Assembly (NCBI RefSeq): GCF_000237865.1
Contig: NC_017459.1
Coordinates: 1,080,001-1,112,000 of the forward strand
Length of the DNA stretch: 32,000 bases
Reading direction: 5' to 3'
From: Haloquadratum walsbyi C23
Lineage (GTDB): Archaea; Halobacteriota; Halobacteria; Halobacteriales; Haloferacaceae
Under the pieces are notes generated by a model that was not told the DNA's origin, made no database searches, and saw nothing but the letters and a program-made list of their open reading frames with translations. Within the stretch, counting starts at the first letter, position 1, and each line of letters starts with the position of its first letter. Positions 19,739-28,096 of the stretch are shown here, piece by piece. A program made the translations under genes and the position numbers.

Positions 19739-21209
19739 ATGAATGGTGAGGCAGTCAAGAACTACGTCGGGCAGTCTCAGACGCTGTTGGAGGCCTCACC
19801 GCAGATGGACGAGGAGAACACGAAAGTAAAAATTATTCAGCCATTTGTAGACCTTCTCGGGTGGAACTTCTACTCAACCGAGGTACAAGTTGAATATACC
19901 GTTCAGATGGGGACGCAGTCGTCGAAAGTCGATTAGGCTCTGATGGTGGGAGATACACCAGTAGTGTTTATCGAGGCAAAGCCCGCACGGTCGGACCTCA
20001 GCGATGGAAACGTTCGACAAATTCAGAGTTATATGCGACAAGACTTTTCCGTCGACTGGGGCGTCTTGACCACTGTCTCTTACCCACAAAACGAGTCAGG
20101 ATTTTAGCGGAACGGGATCGGCGAGCACGACTGAGCACGACTGAAATCCTTTGTATCTACAGTTTCAGCATCTCCTTGGAACAATTGTAGTGGAGTTGAT
20201 TACCGGCGTTTTATAACCCCCACAGCCGATATCACTATCTGAATCGCTTCTCTCCTCGATTTTTTGCGTTCAAATACCTCTGAAAGCGTCTGAAATGTCC
20301 GGTTACGACTCCACGAACTTATGGGTAAGAGACAGGTCTTGACCAACGGGAAAGAGTTCGAGATTCTCAGCGTCACCGGTGACCACAGGCAAGACGGAGA
20401 AACCTCGATTGTCACTTTCGACTTGGACGAGATGGCGGATAACCCCGATATTCTGGAGATACTGACGAAAGACGCCATTCAGTCGGGGAGAGCCGACGAC
20501 ATAGCACGGCAACTCACACAAACGAACCGGGCTATCAGTCGATTAACTGACCGCGAAACCCCGATTGCCGAACGACTTACCGACGTACTTCAGGACGAAC
20601 TGGATGAGACGCCACTCGATCTCGAAGAACAGAGCCTCGACTTCGTCAACGAACTACGACACACCCTCCGCGAACAGCGTGAGTTTATTGGAGAGTCAAC
20701 TGACGACAGGGACAACATATCAGGTGACAACGTATCTGAGGATGACCCCGATACCGAAGAAGGCGAGATTGAGCCCGTCGAGAATAACGTCGCCGGGACG
20801 ATGCGACGTACCGACATAGAAGTTGGCGAGGAAGCACAAGTGGCTGTCTTTCCAACCCGTGAGTCCGGCCTCCCGTTCCTGTTTGAGAACAACGCTTGGG
20901 GGGTTCATTCGTATCGGGCGCGATTTCGATTATGTGGCGATGTATGTCACACAAGACGCTCGTGAGGTACAGTATTTTGCTACAGTCCGCGATGTCGTTG
21001 CACCGGAGGATGCTGAACTCGTCCGTGAGCCAACTGAGTACCTCGATAGAGACGAGATTGCTGATAACAAAATGGTAGTGAGGTTCAAAGCCGACAGCCT
21101 CTATCGACTCGAAGATCCGATCCCATACGAGACTAAATACCCCCAAAGCCACCGATATACGACGCTCGGAGAGTTCAGAACAGCCGAAACAACCAACGAT
21201 ATACTGTAA
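19739..21209 (+). pseudogene. HsdR_N-like (PD-(D/E)xK) nuclease-domain gene, inactivated three times
   Basis: The N-terminus EENTKVKIIQPFVDLLGWNF...SSKVD*ALMVGDTPVVFIEAKP...DWGVLT/NGKEFEIL matches the type I restriction R-subunit N-terminal domain pattern. Three lesions are visible. (1) TAG at 19934-19936 where the family has Tyr (DYAL). (2) A 264-bp insertion at 20072-20335. (3) A +1 frameshift at the G6 run 20898-20903, where WGFIRIGRDFDYVAMYV continues in ORF 20823..21209. Confidence 0.75.
20072..20335. mobile_element. 264-bp MITE with IS4/IS50-like termini and a 9-bp target duplication
   Basis: The terminal inverted repeats are CTGTCTCTTACCCA (20073-20086) and TGGGTAAGAGACAG (20322-20335). 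The direct repeat GTCTTGACC flanks it at 20063-20071 and 20336-20344. There is no ORF inside. Removing the element plus one duplication copy restores DWGVLTNGKEFEIL in frame. Confidence 0.85.
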
Positions 21210-21343
21210 GGATCAGCAACTCCGGACGGTGGCTGACACTACAAAGACTGCTGAGACCCGCATAGATATCGATAATCCTGAAACCGTCCGCGAACTCACT
21301 CGCACTGAGCCGACGAGAACGGTATATAAACTATTAGAAAGGC

Positions 21344-21553
21344 TTGGTACTTTCACACCGTCTCTCGAGCACAGTAGTAGCGCGAGTTGCCGGCGTAGTA
21401 ATGCGGGTAATGCAAAAACAAGACCTCGTAACAGCGACTAACGCGTCAGAACGAACCGTTCGGCGAATCCTAACAGACTTACACAGTCGAGGATACGCGG
21501 AAGAAGATATGAAGCCGGGACCATACCCGACGGCATATCGGTGGAGTTACTGA
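21344..21553 (+). CDS. small winged-helix DNA-binding protein
   Basis: DLVTATNASERTVRRILTDLHSRGYAEE reads as a recognition helix plus wing. It has a TTG start. It may be a frameshifted continuation of ORF 21229..21441 (MADTTKTAETRIDIDNPETVRELTRTEPTRTVYKLLER). Confidence 0.5.
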   Translation: MVLSHRLSSTVVARVAGVVMRVMQKQDLVTATNASERTVRRILTDLHSRGYAEEDMKPGPYPTAYRWSY

Positions 21554-21620
21554 CGGGAGAAAGGGTGGCCAAATTCGCTTATATATTAGATGGGATTCTG
21601 GACACCCTTCACAACTATTG

Positions 21621-21842
21621 TCACACTTCATAGTCACTGTCCTCTGTTGACGATATGAACCGTTCTCCGTTGTCGCCGTACTGTTCGAAGCCGTGTTCTT
21701 CGGCAACGTCCCGGACGAGGTCGGCGTCGTCTGGGTCGAGCAGGTCGAAGGTGACACGCATACTCCGTTCGGATCTTTCCGCGCTGATGTTCGCTACGTC
21801 GGCGCCCAAGGCCGCGAGTGCGTTCATAATATCTTCACTCAT
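21621..21842 (-). CDS. small acidic protein, unknown function
   Basis: 73-aa ORF with halophilic composition (MSEDIMNALAALGADVANISAERSERSMRVTFDLLDPDDADLVRDVAEEHGFEQ). Confidence 0.45.
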   Translation of the reverse strand: MSEDIMNALAALGADVANISAERSERSMRVTFDLLDPDDADLVRDVAEEHGFEQYGDNGERFISSTEDSDYEV

Positions 21843-21903
21843 TATTTTGCTATCGATTATTACTATCAGTCTTAGCTAAAGACGAATGGGTCAAAAACAG
21901 TAA

Positions 21904-22479
21904 GTGGGTGAAACACATCGGTATGCTATGACACGGACAACCTTGGTTTTCGGGAAACTGTTGACCGAACCTGGGGAAGACTGGGGCGTGTCTGTGTCAT
22001 ACCTCACGTACGGGCTGACTGTCGTCTTTCTCGGGCTGTATATCTTCGGAACGTTTGAGTATGCAGACCAATACTCGTCGGTGTTACCTGCAGTCGAGTT
22101 CGGTTTGGCTGTGTTCTTTCTGTTTGAATACATATCTCGAATAGATTATGCCGATGATACGTGGGCGGAACTGAGGAGTCCATACGCGATTGCCGACCTC
22201 TTGGCCGTTATCCCCGCGCTGTTGATTTTCATCTTTCCCGCAGCCGGACAACTGGCTGTTCTGCGAAGCGTACAGATTCTGCGAGTGTTCCGATTCTTGC
22301 GACTTGGTCTCGAAAACAGGAGAGTATTCGATTATTCACTCACAGCCAGACAAGTGGTCGTTGCGGAGGCTATGACGGCCATCGCGGTTATCGTAAATCT
22401 ACACGCGGGAATCGTATACGAACTCGAAAAGGGCGTGAATCCACAGTTTCAGAACTTTGCCGATGCGTTCTACTACTCT
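21904..22479 (+). pseudogene. voltage-gated-type K+ channel, 5' part (S1-S5 and pore-helix start), cut by an IS
   Basis: Several hydrophobic helices are present. The S4-like LRSVQILRVFRFLRL has a basic residue at every third position. The frame ends ...QNFADAFYYS exactly at the IS left end. The likely start is the ATG at 21928. Confidence 0.8.
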
Positions 22480-22553
22480 CGGTACTTCACGAACGGTGTA
22501 ATGGGCCGAATTAATCCGGTGAATTAACCGGAAAGAAATGTCTGGTTCTGGAT

Positions 22554-22988
22554 GTGTTAGACCTTACAGACCCAGACGGGTACCTTTCGGCATCAGAAGT
22601 CAAAGATACCGCGGAAGCGGTTATTTCTCCGCTCCCACTGCCGGGTGTCGAGGGGAGCCCCCTCGACCCCGGCGATATCTGGCCCGTTGTTATCTTTGCC
22701 TGCGTGAACGAAACCTCAATCTGGGAAACCTGCAACGAACACGATGGAACACCCTGCGATGATACTGTTCTGGCGTGGCTTCACACACTCAATCGTGGGT
22801 GGCTCGAAGTCATTGCTAACCTCCAGCTTAGCCGCCTCGCTATGACGATTCTCGACGCAGAGCAGTCGAGAATCGTCTCTATCGACTTCATCGACAACCC
22901 CTATCACGGCGACCATTACGACGAGGAAGGAGAACTCTGCTCGATGGCTCCGAAAGATGGCACGACTAATGGCTTAGAGAACTTTTGA
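22554..22988 (+). pseudogene. transposase, N-terminal fragment
   Basis: ...RIVSIDFIDNPYHGDHYDEEGELCSMAPKDGTT carries the first catalytic-Asp region. After codon 22965-22967 the frame runs into unrelated sequence and stops. Confidence 0.75.
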
Positions 22989-23264
22989 AAACTAAGACGT
23001 AGCAAGAAAATAACAGACTAAGACAGCTGTGCACCAAGTGCACAGCGATTTAACAGCGTTTTCGGATCACTATTACTCTACAGGAATCTTCTTTTTCTGA
23101 GTTACCGGGCTCCAAAACCAGCCGGGAGAAATCTTGATACGGTAATTTTCACCGCTCACGTATAAACCACAAATTCACCGTACCACGCTCCCTGAGAATA
23201 ACGAATAGAGACCGGTTACCTCCAGAATTGAGAATTAATTTGCAAATCGCGTCGCGGTCATTAC
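22968..23264. other. ~300-bp AT-richer non-coding insert interrupting the transposase gene (boundaries approximate)
   Basis: It separates KDGTT from CHRYCTAYVV, which I expect to be nearly contiguous in this transposase type. It contains the perfect hairpin GCTGTGCAC-CAA-GTGCACAGC at 23016-23036. I found no clear terminal repeats or target duplication. Confidence 0.45.
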
Positions 23265-23312
23265 ACGTGCCATCGATACTGTACAGCGTACGTCGTTTCC
23301 AACGGAAAACCG

Positions 23313-24029
23313 GTGACGCTGGCGATGACGTACGTTCGTAACGACGAGACAGAGGCTGACGCGGTCGAGCGCGTGCTCGCCCGCGTCGAGAACTACCCCT
23401 TTGAGATCGAGTTGCTGCTTGCTGACAGCGGCTTCTTCAATGAGCGTGCGATTCGTCGGTCACGAGAAATCGCTGCCACAGTCGTTCACGTTCCAAAGAA
23501 AGGAGATCGCATGAAAGAGAAACTCGACGTGCACAAGTCGTACATGACGACCTACCGCATGTACAAAGACAGCGAGCGGGAACTCCGTGTCCCGCTCGCG
23601 GTCTCTGTCTCCTACCAGAACGGTGATCGGAACAAACACGGCGAGGTTGTCCATGGCTACGTGGCTTGCGGCGTTACCGATCATACCGCCAAACAGGTCG
23701 AACGGATCTATCGGAAACGATCAGGCATCGAGACGACCTACCGGCTGATTCGGCAGGCACGAGGGGTCACGACAACTCGTGACCCCATCGTTCGGTTTGC
23801 CTTCATGCTCGTGGCTGCTATTCTGGAGAACCTCTGGTTGGTGCTTCGCTGGGCCGTCGTCGCCCGCCCGCAGCGGGGCGGGCGCGAGTTACCTGAAGAG
23901 TTCACGTTCTCTGTGTTTTGCGATTGGATTCGGAGGGAGTTGGAGGAGCAGTTGGAGCGACGGTGGAAGATCAAGATGAACAGGAACGGGACAGGTATTC
24001 CACCGTCATACCAAACGGCCGCGGGCTGA
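23313..24029 (+). pseudogene. transposase, C-terminal fragment
   Basis: The DDE region LLLADSGFFNERAI and the signature YRKRSGIETTYRLIRQ are present. The frame is open from 23232, and recognisable sequence (TCHRYCTAYVVSNGKPVTLAMTYV) begins at about 23265. Confidence 0.8.
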
Positions 24030-24241
24030 CCACGGTCAGCCCTGGCCAGTCTGCCTCTGTATGAGCAACAGCTCTCTTCGAGAAGTAGTCGAAAACGGGG
24101 GAAACGAGCTATTTGAGTGCGTACTCTGTTCGAAGTGGAAAGCAACTCACTGATTTTTGTAACTCACCCGAGAAACCATATAGAATATGACCATTCGGCC
24201 GTCACTGTCGCTGGAAGTTTCGACTTATTCGTGAAGTACCG

Positions 24242-24501
24242 ACTCTATCGTTGTCCTGACGACGACTGGATTCGGCAACGTCGTCCCACAGACGCGCCTC
24301 GGACAGACCGTCACTTCCGTCGGATTGATTTTAGCCATCACTATTATTCCCTGGATTGTCTTTCGGGGTCGCAAAGGCAAAATTCGAGGCAACAGCTGTC
24401 CTCGGTGCCGCTCAGAGGGACACAAAACCGAGGCGAATTACTGCTACGAGTGTGGAGAGGACCTCTCCACTGAGGGATTCTCGATAAGCATAGAAGATTA
24501 G
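24242..24501 (+). pseudogene. voltage-gated-type K+ channel, 3' part (selectivity filter, S6, C-terminal zinc ribbon)
   Basis: Not in the ORF track. The frame from 24247 gives IVVLTTTGFGNVVPQTRLGQTVTSVGLILAITIIPWIVFRGRKGKIRGNSCPRCRSEGHKTEANYCYECGEDLSTEGFSISIED, with the stop at 24499-24501. It joins in frame to 22479 once the IS and one ACTCT copy are removed. Confidence 0.85.
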
Positions 24502-25195
24502 CAAAGCGTTTGACGCCGACATATTTCGATTGGTCGCGCCTGAAGACGCTGATTACGTTACTGAGGATGTTATCGGAATAGATATTCACTTTCCCAACGA
24601 CGCCGTCTATGTGGATCGGAGAAATGAAATCTTTGAGGATCAAGTGAACTACCCTGATCTACCACGCTCAGGGCTATCAGCCCCTCGCTTGCTGAGGACA
24701 GGGCTTCCTGCTTCCATGTCGGAACTTACATCTAACGTGGACACATCGGTTCTTGACTCCACAGGTGACTTCCCTTCACTGGCGGTTCGGAGTGACCCAC
24801 TCCTACCGAATCGACAATCAGCCACAACCAACGGTGCGCGCTTCTTGTCGCGCTTGAACACTGTCAAACACGTGTGAGTATCATACTGTCGAATACAACA
24901 AGCAGGATCCTAAATGTGCTGGTGGAACTGTATGAATAGATGATGACGGCACTTTATCCCCGCCCTCGTCCTACTCACTTGCTTCACTCGTTCCTTGAGG
25001 ACGGGGGCTTAGCGTCTGTATTCAGCTAAATAATTCACACGTCTCGATTTACGGCTTGGTCGAAGATCTTGAACAAGCCACAGACAACCAAGTTGAGGTA
25101 ATCGAAACAAACTATAATCTTCAGGGACTGTGACCTGGCTGATTCGTCTCTGAGCCGTGTGCTCTCGGACCGAGAAACGATAGAGGGCGTAGCGG

Positions 25196-25426
25196 TCAGT
25201 CCTCAAAAGGCGGTCGGAGGTCACGGTAACGAAGGTTGAGGGTGTGGTCGTGGTCATCGAGGTCGACACGATAGAGCCGGCTGTCCCGGTCGTCGCCAGT
25301 AACCTCCCCGGCGTCGTCTTCGAGCACTTCGACAACCTGCCCGTGTTGTCCGTGCCAATTGAAGTCTGTGTCGGTCGTGTCGGTAATGTCGAGTCGGACA
25401 CGATCCCCCGGTTCGAAGGTCGGCAC
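25196..25426 (-). CDS. small acidic protein (SH3/KOW-like beta pattern), unknown function
   Basis: 76-aa ORF: MPTFEPGDRVRLDITDTTDTDFNWHGQHGQVVEVLEDDAGEVTGDDRDSRLYRVDLDD. The longer overlapping ORF 25009..25452 is basic and implausible. Confidence 0.6.
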   Translation of the reverse strand: MPTFEPGDRVRLDITDTTDTDFNWHGQHGQVVEVLEDDAGEVTGDDRDSRLYRVDLDDHDHTLNLRYRDLRPPFED

Positions 25427-25489
25427 AGTCGCTTAGTCAACCCAAGACGCACAAAACATTACTGATGCCGGTGTGATAGCCTATCCGGT

Positions 25490-25735
25490 ATGATAGAGAA
25501 CCTCGAATACGAGACAGACAGACGGCAAGATATCACAGACGGTCGGCGTCGAAACTTCAAGCAGGGCTGGACGCGTGCCGTAGAGGGACAGGAGTATCAA
25601 GACGTTCTCGAAGAACTGACGTGGAATAACCTCGGTTGGCGACTCGGCAAAATGTTCGGTGAAACACCCGACGACCTTCGAGAGGAGATCCTCGACTGGT
25701 GTGTCGAACAACGAAATGCGACGGGTAGCCAGTAG
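25490..25735 (+). CDS. small conserved-looking protein, unknown function (plasmid/provirus style)
   Basis: 81-aa ORF: ...RRRNFKQGWTRAVEGQEYQDVLEELTWNNLGWRLGKMFGETPDDLREEILDWCVEQ. It is Trp-rich with a balanced acidic composition. It is divergent from 25196..25426. Confidence 0.6.
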   Translation: MIENLEYETDRRQDITDGRRRNFKQGWTRAVEGQEYQDVLEELTWNNLGWRLGKMFGETPDDLREEILDWCVEQRNATGSQ

Positions 25736-25739
25736 GCAC

Positions 25740-26194
25740 GAACACGGGGACTGCGATCCGTCTGCTTCGTCAGAGAGACGCGAGGATGGTTCAAGCGCGG
25801 AATGAGTGTGAGGGTAGGTCAGATGTGTCGTAGTAATCTCTGCTTCCGACGAAGGCCGTGGGTACAGACTCAACACGGCGGGATACGGATCAGCGTCGGG
25901 CGGGAGCAGCGAGAGATCGAATCCATCGACGGCGTTACTGATGCGCTCGTGGAGCGTCTCGAACTGGTCACGCTGGAGCGGCCGTGTCTCGTCCACGTCG
26001 CGGTCGAGAGACTTGACGACGATTCAGTGTTCCTGCACGTCGGTGATCCAGAAGCGACTTTGGGAGCATGACATGAGCAGAATTGCATCCTCGGCGAGAT
26101 CCTCGCATTTGTCGAGGAGCGTGTGCCATGTGACGCTGAACGGTATTACCGGGGAGTATCGTTGGAAGACAGGTAAAGCGTGAGGGTGGTTCGC
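25740..26194 (-). pseudogene. coding-looking segments downstream of, and in the same frame as, the zinc-finger gene; separated by TGA codons
   Basis: Segment B (26194-26027) reads ANHPHALPVFQRYSPVIPFSVTWHTLLDKCEDLAEDAILLMSCSQSRFWITDVQEH and has no usable start codon. TGA lies at 26026-26024. Segment C runs from 26023: IVVKSLDRDVDETRPLQRDQFETLHERISNAVDGFDLSLLPPDADPYP. The lower boundary is uncertain. Confidence 0.4.
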
Positions 26195-27190
26195 TCAGAC
26201 GCCAAGGTCGCGGAACGTCCAGTCGTTCGGCAGGTCGGCGCCGAATCCAGTCTCCTCGACGAGTTCACGGATGCGCTGCTCGACCGTTTCGTCCAGTTCG
26301 AACGTGTAGTCGAATTCCTCGTGCCAGTTGTAGTACCGCGGCATCCCCGGCCAGTGGTCGTCCGTCTTCAGCCCGTAGACGCAGTCGAGCAGGTACCGAC
26401 GATACGGCATATCGTCACGGGTAACTCGTGGAAGCGTCCCGTCGATCGACTCGTCTCTCACCAACTCTTCGAGCAGATCGACCGCCGCGTACTGGTCGGC
26501 GTAGAACGCGTGTTCGAGCGTCGGGTTGACGGAGAAGATGTCTTCCGAGGTGCGGGCGTGGAGACGGTCGGTGACCGAGTGAGCGGGATGGTCGATTCCC
26601 CACCCGTACGCGTGGACTTCCTCCCGCGCGGAATCGGCCGTATCGGGAGCATTGACTGCGATGGCATCGAGGTATTCAAGCGCCGCAACTGAAATCGCTT
26701 TCACGCCGTCGGTCAACCGCGTGCGGATCAGATGCCGTCCCACGGCGTTCGCGACCGCGGGCGTCACGAGCGGAATCTCGTCGTCTTGAGCGGGATCATG
26801 AGCCTTGGTCACATCCGCGAGGAATGACCAGCCCTCTGATCGCGCCGCCTCGTTGAGAGCGTCACTGACGCGCTCGTGGTACGGCCAGAACACGTCCCGA
26901 TATGTGTCGCCACTGTTGTCTTCTTCGAGTGCAGCCGAGAGTGCCGACTCAAACTCGACGACTGCGCAGTGAAGGGCATCTATGTCACCGTCCGAAAACC
27001 GGTCGAGTAAGTTATCGAGTTCGGCAACGGACGCGTTTCGCTCTTCGGTTGGCGATGAATAGCCGGAGTCAGACCGATTTGGCTCCGACGAAGTAGAGAA
27101 TGTCTCCGATTGGACATCGCCACAGTCGTGGAGTCGAAGACGCGTGAGTGTATTGAACGACTCACCGCAATCGTCGCATTCGTGAGACAT
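26195..27190 (-). CDS. C2H2 zinc-finger protein, unknown function (possibly a truncated form of a longer gene)
   Basis: The start MSHECDDCGESFNTLTRLRLHDCG is a classic C-x2-C...H-x-C finger. The remaining 331 aa are acidic. The ORF is open to 27259, but the ATG at 27190 sits directly before the finger. Confidence 0.7.
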   Translation of the reverse strand: MSHECDDCGESFNTLTRLRLHDCGDVQSETFSTSSEPNRSDSGYSSPTEERNASVAELDNLLDRFSDGDIDALHCAVVEFESALSAALEEDNSGDTYRDVFWPYHERVSDALNEAARSEGWSFLADVTKAHDPAQDDEIPLVTPAVANAVGRHLIRTRLTDGVKAISVAALEYLDAIAVNAPDTADSAREEVHAYGWGIDHPAHSVTDRLHARTSEDIFSVNPTLEHAFYADQYAAVDLLEELVRDESIDGTLPRVTRDDMPYRRYLLDCVYGLKTDDHWPGMPRYYNWHEEFDYTFELDETVEQRIRELVEETGFGADLPNDWTFRDLGV

Positions 27191-27471
27191 AGTCCTACTA
27201 CAGGTATGTGGGCAAAAATGTATTCCCTCTCTCGTGTCGGAGTCTTCGAGGATACGCAAGACCGAGATCAGTTCGTCGACTCACCTATCGGCAATTCCTT
27301 CTGTTGTGATATGCCCTTAGACGAGTCCGACAATTCTTTATGTTCGGGTTCCGCAGACGCACATCCGACCTGTCCGACCGACTGATTCGGAGATTCGCCC
27401 ATCTCTCTGTTCCTACTTTAGAAATAAAAGTGAGAACAGAGATTAGATATTCCCACGCCATTGTTTCGGAT

Positions 27472-27720
27472 ATGAGTGGAGAGGTGCGAACGGACAAGCG
27501 TGGGCGTGTAACGATTCCGAAGGAGGTACGCGACCGCTACGGCAAGAAATTCCGCCTCGTTGAGCTGGACAGCGGTATCAAACTGGTGCCGATCCCGGAC
27601 GATCCACTGGAGGAACTACGAGCGGCCGCTTCCAATGAGCTTCGCGAGGCGCCGCTCGATGATCTCGAAGAAGCGGCTCGCGAAGAGGCACGCGAACAGG
27701 CCAGCGAACATGTACGCTGA
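27472..27720 (+). CDS. vapB: AbrB/SpoVT-type antitoxin
   Basis: MSGEVRTDKRGRVTIPKEVRDRYGKKFRLVELDSGIKLVPI has the swapped-hairpin motif, followed by an acidic tail. Its 3' end overlaps vapC by 11 nt. Confidence 0.8.
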   Translation: MSGEVRTDKRGRVTIPKEVRDRYGKKFRLVELDSGIKLVPIPDDPLEELRAAASNELREAPLDDLEEAAREEAREQASEHVR

Positions 27721-28096
27721 TCTCGACTTCTGGCTGGCGCTCCTGAAAGACGGCGACTGGCTGACCGATCGCGCCGAGTCACTTCTCAAAGAACACGAGG
27801 ACGATCTTGAGGTTTCGCTGGCGACGTTCATCGAACTGTTCCTCGTCGAAGAACGGCTCTCCTTCGACCGCGAACGTGCCGTGACGGCCATTCTCGAATT
27901 GGCGACGTACGAGGGCAACCCAAATGTCGTGTATCAGGCCTCGGAGAACATCGATGAAGGGTTGAACACGTTCGATGCGTTCCACGCGGCGCTCTCCAGT
28001 GGCAGCATCATCTCCAGTGACCGGGCGTATGACGAACTTACTGGCGTGAATCGTATCCGGCTCGAACCCGAGGAGAACGAGGATTCGACGGCCTAA
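27710..28096 (+). CDS. vapC: PIN-domain toxin
   Basis: MYADLDFWLALL..., TFIELFLVE, TFDAFHAA and SSDRAYD place acidic residues at the four expected PIN positions. The ATG at 27710 lies inside ORF 27560..28096. Confidence 0.8.
   Translation: MYADLDFWLALLKDGDWLTDRAESLLKEHEDDLEVSLATFIELFLVEERLSFDRERAVTAILELATYEGNPNVVYQASENIDEGLNTFDAFHAALSSGSIISSDRAYDELTGVNRIRLEPEENEDSTA

Larger units (their letters stand above)
22480..24241 (+). mobile_element. IS element (IS4/ISH3-type DDE transposase) inserted in the channel gene
   Basis: The 14-bp perfect terminal inverted repeats are CGGTACTTCACGAA (22480-22493) and TTCGTGAAGTACCG (24228-24241). The 5-bp target duplication ACTCT lies at 22475-22479 and 24242-24246. 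It carries a split transposase gene. Confidence 0.88.

Noticed and set aside
24530-24877. A 115-aa + ORF (and minus ORF 24649..24867) between the channel 3' end and the small-protein genes
   Set aside because: Only the first ~45 codons (LVAPEDADYVTEDVIGIDIHFPNDAVYVDRRNEIFEDQVNYPDL) look halophilic. The start is TTG and the rest turns basic. It may be another gene fragment, but I cannot support a call.
24962-25008. An imperfect 11-bp inverted repeat (GCCCTCGTCCT ... AGGACGGGGGC) with a 25-nt loop
   Set aside because: It has one mismatch and a large loop, and it is a single occurrence. This could be chance in GC-rich DNA or a weak terminator, which is not enough to call.
25481-25740. The lower part of minus ORF 25481..25996, and ORF 25009..25452, as coding
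   Set aside because: They overlap the much more protein-like genes 25490..25735 (+) and 25196..25426 (-). Open antisense frames are common in GC-rich coding DNA.
25024-26197. TGA (26197-26195, 26026-24) and TAG (19934-19936) as selenocysteine or pyrrolysine recoding sites
   Set aside because: To my knowledge haloarchaea lack Sec and Pyl machinery. The TAG replaces a conserved Tyr, and other lesions in the same island indicate ordinary gene decay. I kept this only as a low-probability alternative in the finding on the TGA-interrupted frame.
26180-26692. The + strand 170-aa ORF and other ORFs (26415..26603, 26458..26688, 26902..27096, 27537..27782, 27616..27918, 27779..28102) overlapping the zinc-finger and vapBC genes
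   Set aside because: They are Arg/Val/Ser-rich antisense products of GC-rich genes. None has a recognisable motif.
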